In this document: positions 57,946 to 63,129 of the stretch, piece after piece
Position numbering within the stretch: the first letter of the stretch is position 1
Layout: every line of letters begins with the position of its first letter
From: Candidatus Yanofskybacteria bacterium RIFCSPLOWO2_02_FULL_44_18
GTDB taxonomy: Bacteria; Patescibacteriota; Minisyncoccia; 2-02-FULL-40-12; GWA2-44-9
Length of the DNA stretch: 63,129 bases
NCBI GenBank assembly: GCA_001794755.1
Contig: MGKT01000002.1
Coordinates: 1 to 63,129 of the forward strand
Direction of reading: 5' to 3'
Position numbers and translations under genes: made by a program
The notes under the pieces: model-generated
Seen by the model: the letters and a program-made list of their open reading frames with translations, nothing else
Told to the model about the DNA's origin: nothing
The model's database searches: none

Positions 57946-60900
57946 ATGTTATCAAGTATAAAACTAAAAATCGCGTCGCCGGAGGACATTATGTCCTGGT
58001 CTTATGGCGAGGTAACCAAGCCGGAGACCATCAACTATCGAACCCAGAAGCCGGAGAGAGAGGGTTTGTTTTCCGAAGCCATATTCGGTCCGGTTAAAGA
58101 TTGGGAATGTTATTGCGGCAAATACAAGCGCATTAGATACAAGGGAATAATATGCGATCGCTGCGGAGTCGAAGTCACCAGATCCATAGTCCGCAGAGAA
58201 AGAATGGGCCATATTAAATTAGCCGCTCCGGTGGCCCATATTTGGTTTCTGCGCGGCGTACCTTCGAAGATTGCATCAATCTTGGGCGTTTCTTTGCCGG
58301 AACTTGAAAAGGTCGTGTATTTCGCCAGTTATGTCATTATCAAAGTCAACGAGGATTTGAAGGTTGAAGCCATGAAAAGAGTTGAATCGGAATTTAAATC
58401 CCGCATTAAAAACGCGCAGAATACTGAAGAAGAGGAAAATCTCAAACAGTTGAAGGACAGAGAGAGGAATAATTTAAAGAATTTAAGGAAGTATCAAATC
58501 ATTTCCGAACTTGATTTTCGGGATTTATCCACGAAGTACGGGGAAGTTTTTGAAGCTGGAATCGGAGCCGACGCCATCCACAGACTGCTGACTGAAATTC
58601 AGCTGGATCAATTAATCGTAAGTCTGGATGGGGAATTGAAGAATGAAGGTAATCCGCTGGAAATCAAAAAAATGTCCCGCCGCTTGAAATTCTTGAAAGG
58701 CATGAACAAGGCCGGCATCAGGCCGGAGTGGATGATTATAACAATCCTGCCCGTCATTCCGCCGGCTCTGCGGCCGATGGTGCCTTTGGACGGCGGCCGC
58801 TATGCCACGTCAGATTTAAATGATTTATACCGCCGCGTCATTAACCGCAACAACAGGTTAAAACATCTTTTGGAATTAAAGGCCCCCGAAGTCATAACCA
58901 AGAACGAAAAAAGAATGCTTCAGGAAGCGGTTGATGCTTTGATTGACAACTCAATGAGGCGAGGCCAGATTACGACAGCGGCATCCACCGGCCAGAAGAG
59001 AGCGTTAAGGTCTCTGGCTGATATGCTTAAAGGCAAACAAGGCCGTTTTCGGCAGAACTTGCTCGGAAAAAGAGTAGACTATTCAGGCCGGTCAGTCATC
59101 GTTGTCGGCCCGAAATTGGGCATAGAGGAATGCGGTCTACCGAAACACATGGCTCTGGAATTGTTCAAGCCGTTTGTAATCGGCATTCTTATCCGCCGGG
59201 AATTGGCGCATAACATCAAATCAGCCAGTCGTTTAATCGACCAGGAAACGTCGGACGTCTGGTCGGCTTTGGAAGAGGCAATGGCCGGCAAATTGGTTTT
59301 ATTAAATCGCGCTCCGACTCTGCACCGTTTGTCAGTCCAGGCCTTCAAACCGATATTGATAGAAGGAAAAGCCATTAAAATTCCGGCTCTGGTAACGAAC
59401 GCGTTTAACGCCGATTTTGACGGCGACCAGATGGCGGTTCATTTGCCTTTGACCCAGGGCGCCCAAGAGGAAGCCCGCACTTTAATGATGTCCAGTTTCG
59501 GAATATTGAAGCCGGCGACGGGAGACCCAGTGGCCGTCCCCAAGAACGATGTTGTTTTGGGCTGCTATTATCTGACTACCGTAAAAGAAGGCGGTAAAGG
59601 TGAAGGCAAGATATTCTCCGGCCAAACCGAAGCACTGTATGCTCACGATGTCGGCGTCATAGACTTAAGGGCCAAGATAAAAATTCCCAATAAAGAAGAA
59701 GGTGAGAATAAATTAATGGAAACGACAGCCGGCAGAATAATTTTCAACAGATCTTTGCCCAAAGGCCACCGTTTCATAAACAAAGCCTTAGCCCGTTCGG
59801 ACCTTAGAACCATCGAGTCGGATATTTGGGATGAATATCCCCATGAAGTGGTTGTAAATTTCTTAAACACGATTTCCAATCTTGGTTTTCATTACGCCAC
59901 CATATCCGGCTTGTCTTGGGGCATTGATGACTTGAAAACTCCAAAAGACAAGCCTGCCATTATCGCCGAAGCCGACAAACAAATTGACGAGAATGTCAGA
60001 TTGTACGAAGAAGGATTGCTGACCGCGTATGAGAGAAAGGCTAAAGCTATTGAAATATGGAATAACGCCAAGAATAAAATAGGCCAGCTGATTAAAAAAG
60101 AACTTGATCCAAATAACCCGGCGGTCATGATGGTTGAATCAGGCGCCCGCCGAGGCGATCTTAATCAAATGATGGGAATGAGAGGCATATTCGCCAATCC
60201 GTCCGGCGAGCTGATTGAACTTCCGGTCCGCAATTCATTCAAAGAAGGTCTTCTGCCTCTTGAGTATTTCATATCCACCCACGGAGCCCGAAAAGGATTG
60301 GTGGACACGGCCTTGAAGACGGCCACGGCCGGATACTTGACTCGCCGCTTGGTTGACGTGGCTCAAGATGTCGTTGTCGTGGAGGAAGACTGCAAAGACA
60401 AAGAAGGCTATGTTCTGCACGCTGATGACAGCAAATACAGCGGCGAACAAATCCCTCGTCGCTTGAAGGGACGGGTAATAATGGAAGACATAATTGATCC
60501 CGTTTCGGGCGACATTGTGGTTAAAAAAGGCAAGATTGTCGACAAAGAGGCGGTTAAGAAAATAGAAAATTTCGGAATACAAAAAATTAAAATTAGATCG
60601 CTTTTGACGTGCAAATCAGCAACCGGGGTCTGCCGCCAATGCTACGGCTATGATCTTTCTAAAAATAAGTTAGTTGAGATTGGCGAAGCGGTCGGTATCG
60701 TCACCGCCCAGGCCATCGGCGAACCGGGAACCCAGCTTACGATGAGGACATTCCATACCGGAGGCGTAGCCGGAGGCGCCGACATTACCATGGGTCTGCC
60801 CCGAGTCGAAGAAATATTGGAATCCCGCCCGCCCCAATTTAAAGCTCTGATTGCCGATGCCGACGGCACCGTGTTAAACGTGGACGACAAGGGCAAACAA

Positions 60901-61524
60901 AGAGTAATACAAATAGAGACGTCCGAAGGCGAAAAAGTCGAATACGCAGTCGCCCCCAATATTGCAATATCGGTGGCGGCCGGCGATTTGGTTGCTCGGG
61001 GCCAGCAATTAAGCGAAGGCAATGTTGATATTAAAGAACTCTTTGCCACAACAAATGACGTAAATCTTGTGGCTCGGCAGATTATACGGGAAGTTCAGAG
61101 TATTTATGCTCCGACCGGAGACAGCATCAATGATAAGCACGTAGAATTGATTACCAGACAGATGTTCTCGAGGGTTAAGATAATGGATCCGGGAGACACC
61201 GATTTGCTTTCGGGCGATATTGTTGAGAAGAGACGGCTTTGGATGGAAAATGCCCGAGCCAAAAACGATAAAAAAAGAGAAGCGACATTCGAACAATTAT
61301 TGCTCGGCATTACCAAAGTATCGTTGACGACAGACAGTTTCTTGTCTTCCGCTTCCTTCCAGGAAACAGCTAAAGTATTAATCGAAAGTGCCACTATTGG
61401 CAAGGAAGATCATCTCCGCGGTCTCAAAGAAAACGTCATTATCGGTCGCCTCATTCCGGCTGGCACTGGCTACAATATTGACCACGGCGCCGTGGAAGAA
61501 CAACTAGCCGCCAACATCGAGTAA
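57946..61524 (+). CDS. rpoC: DNA-directed RNA polymerase subunit beta'
   Basis: KPETINYRT, C.CGKYK, NADFDGDQMAVH, GEPGTQLTMRTFH. Confidence 0.99.
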   Translation: MLSSIKLKIASPEDIMSWSYGEVTKPETINYRTQKPEREGLFSEAIFGPVKDWECYCGKYKRIRYKGIICDRCGVEVTRSIVRRERMGHIKLAAPVAHIWFLRGVPSKIASILGVSLPELEKVVYFASYVIIKVNEDLKVEAMKRVESEFKSRIKNAQNTEEEENLKQLKDRERNNLKNLRKYQIISELDFRDLSTKYGEVFEAGIGADAIHRLLTEIQLDQLIVSLDGELKNEGNPLEIKKMSRRLKFLKGMNKAGIRPEWMIITILPVIPPALRPMVPLDGGRYATSDLNDLYRRVINRNNRLKHLLELKAPEVITKNEKRMLQEAVDALIDNSMRRGQITTAASTGQKRALRSLADMLKGKQGRFRQNLLGKRVDYSGRSVIVVGPKLGIEECGLPKHMALELFKPFVIGILIRRELAHNIKSASRLIDQETSDVWSALEEAMAGKLVLLNRAPTLHRLSVQAFKPILIEGKAIKIPALVTNAFNADFDGDQMAVHLPLTQGAQEEARTLMMSSFGILKPATGDPVAVPKNDVVLGCYYLTTVKEGGKGEGKIFSGQTEALYAHDVGVIDLRAKIKIPNKEEGENKLMETTAGRIIFNRSLPKGHRFINKALARSDLRTIESDIWDEYPHEVVVNFLNTISNLGFHYATISGLSWGIDDLKTPKDKPAIIAEADKQIDENVRLYEEGLLTAYERKAKAIEIWNNAKNKIGQLIKKELDPNNPAVMMVESGARRGDLNQMMGMRGIFANPSGELIELPVRNSFKEGLLPLEYFISTHGARKGLVDTALKTATAGYLTRRLVDVAQDVVVVEEDCKDKEGYVLHADDSKYSGEQIPRRLKGRVIMEDIIDPVSGDIVVKKGKIVDKEAVKKIENFGIQKIKIRSLLTCKSATGVCRQCYGYDLSKNKLVEIGEAVGIVTAQAIGEPGTQLTMRTFHTGGVAGGADITMGLPRVEEILESRPPQFKALIADADGTVLNVDDKGKQRVIQIETSEGEKVEYAVAPNIAISVAAGDLVARGQQLSEGNVDIKELFATTNDVNLVARQIIREVQSIYAPTGDSINDKHVELITRQMFSRVKIMDPGDTDLLSGDIVEKRRLWMENARAKNDKKREATFEQLLLGITKVSLTTDSFLSSASFQETAKVLIESATIGKEDHLRGLKENVIIGRLIPAGTGYNIDHGAVEEQLAANIE

Positions 61525-61533
61525 GATTTCATC

Positions 61534-61562
61534 TAAAAACCGCTTTTAGAAGGCGGTTTTTA
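61534..61562 (+). terminator. Intrinsic terminator after rpoC
   Basis: AAAAACCGC / GCGGTTTTT hairpin. Confidence 0.8.
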
Positions 61563-61577
61563 GCGTCTCAAAATGTC

Positions 61578-61606
61578 TTGACGAAAGGCTCTTTTTGTGA
61601 TACCAT
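61578..61606 (+). promoter_or_regulatory. Promoter of the RT gene
   Basis: TTGACG - 17 bp - TACCAT with TG extension; SD AAGGAGG follows. Confidence 0.7.
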
Positions 61607-61644
61607 TTGTGGGTTCTTAACAAACAGGCTCAAAGGAGGGCCAT

Positions 61645-62958
61645 ATGGCCAAAAAGGCCAAGAAACCGCGGGGCACAGCCCCGGAAGAACAGAAGAAGCG
61701 TCGCCGCCGTCGCAAGGAGTGGACGTTTACGAATTTCCAGAACGTTCTGGCGCTGCCCGAACGGCTGGCGACGTATCTACGTCTTCTTCTGCACCTGGAC
61801 AAAACGTCCTGGGACTTCTGTCTCGACAAACTCCGCCAGCACGTGAAGTGGGAAGCGGAGGTTGAGGACAAGCGTCCCAAGGTGCAAATCAACGTCAAGG
61901 GTCGCGAGCGCACCTCGCGCAGCGGTCCGGCGTATCTTGCATGGTCCAAGTCAAAGGGCCGCGGCAAGGGCCGTCGGTACTTTGCGGCGCCGTGCGATGA
62001 GCTGGGTCGGGTTCAGAAATCGATTCTGCACCGATTCATCTCGCAGGTGTTCGTTCACTTCGCCCGCTACGGCGGACAAGTCGGCTCGAGCATCATGGCG
62101 AATGCCGGGCATCACGCCGGATTCGCAAAGTCAGTGTTCTCACTGGACATCGTCAACGCGTATCCGACGGTGTATCGAAGCCGGGTTCGCGCGACGCTGC
62201 GAAAGCCGTTCGAGTTCGCACTGCGGCAGTTCAAGGGCGTGACATTCTCAGAGGAAGATGTGTTGAAGATGCTTGACAGCATCACCGACCTCATCGTTTT
62301 CAAGGATCGTCTACCCCAAGGACCGCCGACATCGCCTCGGGTCTTCGATATCGTCTGCGGTAAGATGGACCAGGAGATCTTCCAATGGCTGGAATCGAAC
62401 GCGACGCCCTTTCAGGGGTATCGCTACAGCGCCTGGACTGACAACCTGACCATTTCGTCCGACGGCGAGATTCCGCTGGAGGTCCGACAGAAGGTCATCG
62501 AAATCGTCCGCGAGAATGGGTTCTTCCCGCACATGCGCGAGGACAAGATGAAGTATTTCTCGCCGGAGACAGGCGAACGGCCAATCGTAACCGGGCTCGT
62601 GGTTCTGCCTGATGGCCGGATTACGATGGCGCCGCGCAAGGTCAACCAGCTCCGGGCTCGGCTTCACCAGCTCATGCTCCGCAAGGCATGGGATAAAGAG
62701 GCGATGATGCTCATCGACGGTACGATCGGATTCGTTCGGGAGATTTATCCGAAAAATCTGCCGTCGAAGCTTCGTGATGTTGTCTTGGCTGTTGAAGCCC
62801 GACGGGCTTCGATGCGAGTGCCCGTCGTTCATGACGAGTCGATCGAAGATGAAGATGCGATCATGCTCGACGAGGATCCGGAAACCAAGGTCCCGAGTCC
62901 GTCCAAGAAGAAGGACGAGGGACCCACGGAAACCGTCTCGGAAGTTGTTCTGATGTAA
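61645..62958 (+). CDS. Retron-family reverse transcriptase with atypical WTDN active-site motif
   Basis: R.FAAP..EL..VQ..I, SI.ANAGHH (NAxxH), SLDIVNAYPTV, LPQGPPTSP, YSAWTDNLTIS, IVTGLVV (VTG). Confidence 0.9.
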   Translation: MAKKAKKPRGTAPEEQKKRRRRRKEWTFTNFQNVLALPERLATYLRLLLHLDKTSWDFCLDKLRQHVKWEAEVEDKRPKVQINVKGRERTSRSGPAYLAWSKSKGRGKGRRYFAAPCDELGRVQKSILHRFISQVFVHFARYGGQVGSSIMANAGHHAGFAKSVFSLDIVNAYPTVYRSRVRATLRKPFEFALRQFKGVTFSEEDVLKMLDSITDLIVFKDRLPQGPPTSPRVFDIVCGKMDQEIFQWLESNATPFQGYRYSAWTDNLTISSDGEIPLEVRQKVIEIVRENGFFPHMREDKMKYFSPETGERPIVTGLVVLPDGRITMAPRKVNQLRARLHQLMLRKAWDKEAMMLIDGTIGFVREIYPKNLPSKLRDVVLAVEARRASMRVPVVHDESIEDEDAIMLDEDPETKVPSPSKKKDEGPTETVSEVVLM

Positions 62959-62966
62959 GTTGTTCA

Positions 62967-63129
62967 CCCTCCTTTGAGTAATGAATCAGTTTTCTTGACT
63001 GCCAACACGCGTTGGAAGTAGCGCTTCTGCGTTACGCACCAGCGGGTCGCTTGTAGCCAATCCTGCAACGGGATTGGTGAGACCGCAGTCCGTAGAGAGT
63101 GCGATTCACCTGACAGCGTAGCTGTCAGC
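62967..63129 (+). ncRNA. Candidate structured ncRNA downstream of the RT (truncated by window end; strand uncertain)
   Basis: Nested stems TGAATC/GATTCA and GACTG/CAGTC enclosing several hairpins, plus CTGACAGC/GCTGTCAG; anti-SD 12-mer at its 5' end. Confidence 0.5.

Noticed and set aside
62311-62967. 218-aa antisense ORF overlapping the RT, preceded by a GGAGG
   Set aside because: The GGAGG abuts and overlaps the GTG with no spacing. The ORF has no recognisable motifs and is best explained as a shadow of a high-GC gene. The GGAGG is better explained as the inverted-repeat arm.
61645-63129. RT as part of a DGR, group II intron or CRISPR-RT system
   Set aside because: No TR/VR repeat pair, Avd, group II domain V/VI, cas genes or CRISPR array are visible, and the NAxxH and VTG motifs point to the retron family.

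Overview
A 63 kb core-genome segment, almost entirely on the + strand, from a Candidate Phyla Radiation (Patescibacteria, Parcubacteria-like) bacterium. The assignment is inferred from the missing rpmD/uL30, intron-laden 23S rRNA, split transketolase, class II RNR, compact RpoB and many small membrane or secreted orphan genes. The window holds cell-surface genes, tkt-N/tkt-C, an Ile-Ala tRNA pair, ftsAZ, an nrdJ-comEC-HNH-ndk cluster, the str/S10/spc ribosomal protein cluster, a sortase with a probable substrate, a 23S-5S locus with no 16S, rodA, rpoB and rpoC. Most notable: (1) a stand-alone retron-family reverse transcriptase with a non-canonical WTDN active site in place of YADD. Its ORF is enclosed by a perfect 12-nt inverted repeat that covers its own Shine-Dalgarno, and it is followed by a highly structured non-coding region running off the window end. 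(2) A complete CCA-ending tRNA-like cloverleaf inside an intervening sequence in 23S helix 45. (3) Three group I introns in the 23S. Two carry LAGLIDADG genes. The third sits in the sarcin-ricin loop and carries a self-contained antisense transcription unit (promoter, SD, 83-aa ORF, terminator). (4) A 5S rRNA expansion segment and a possible uORF attenuator upstream of the 23S. All calls come from reading the sequence. No database searches were run, so family names and novelty are unverified.
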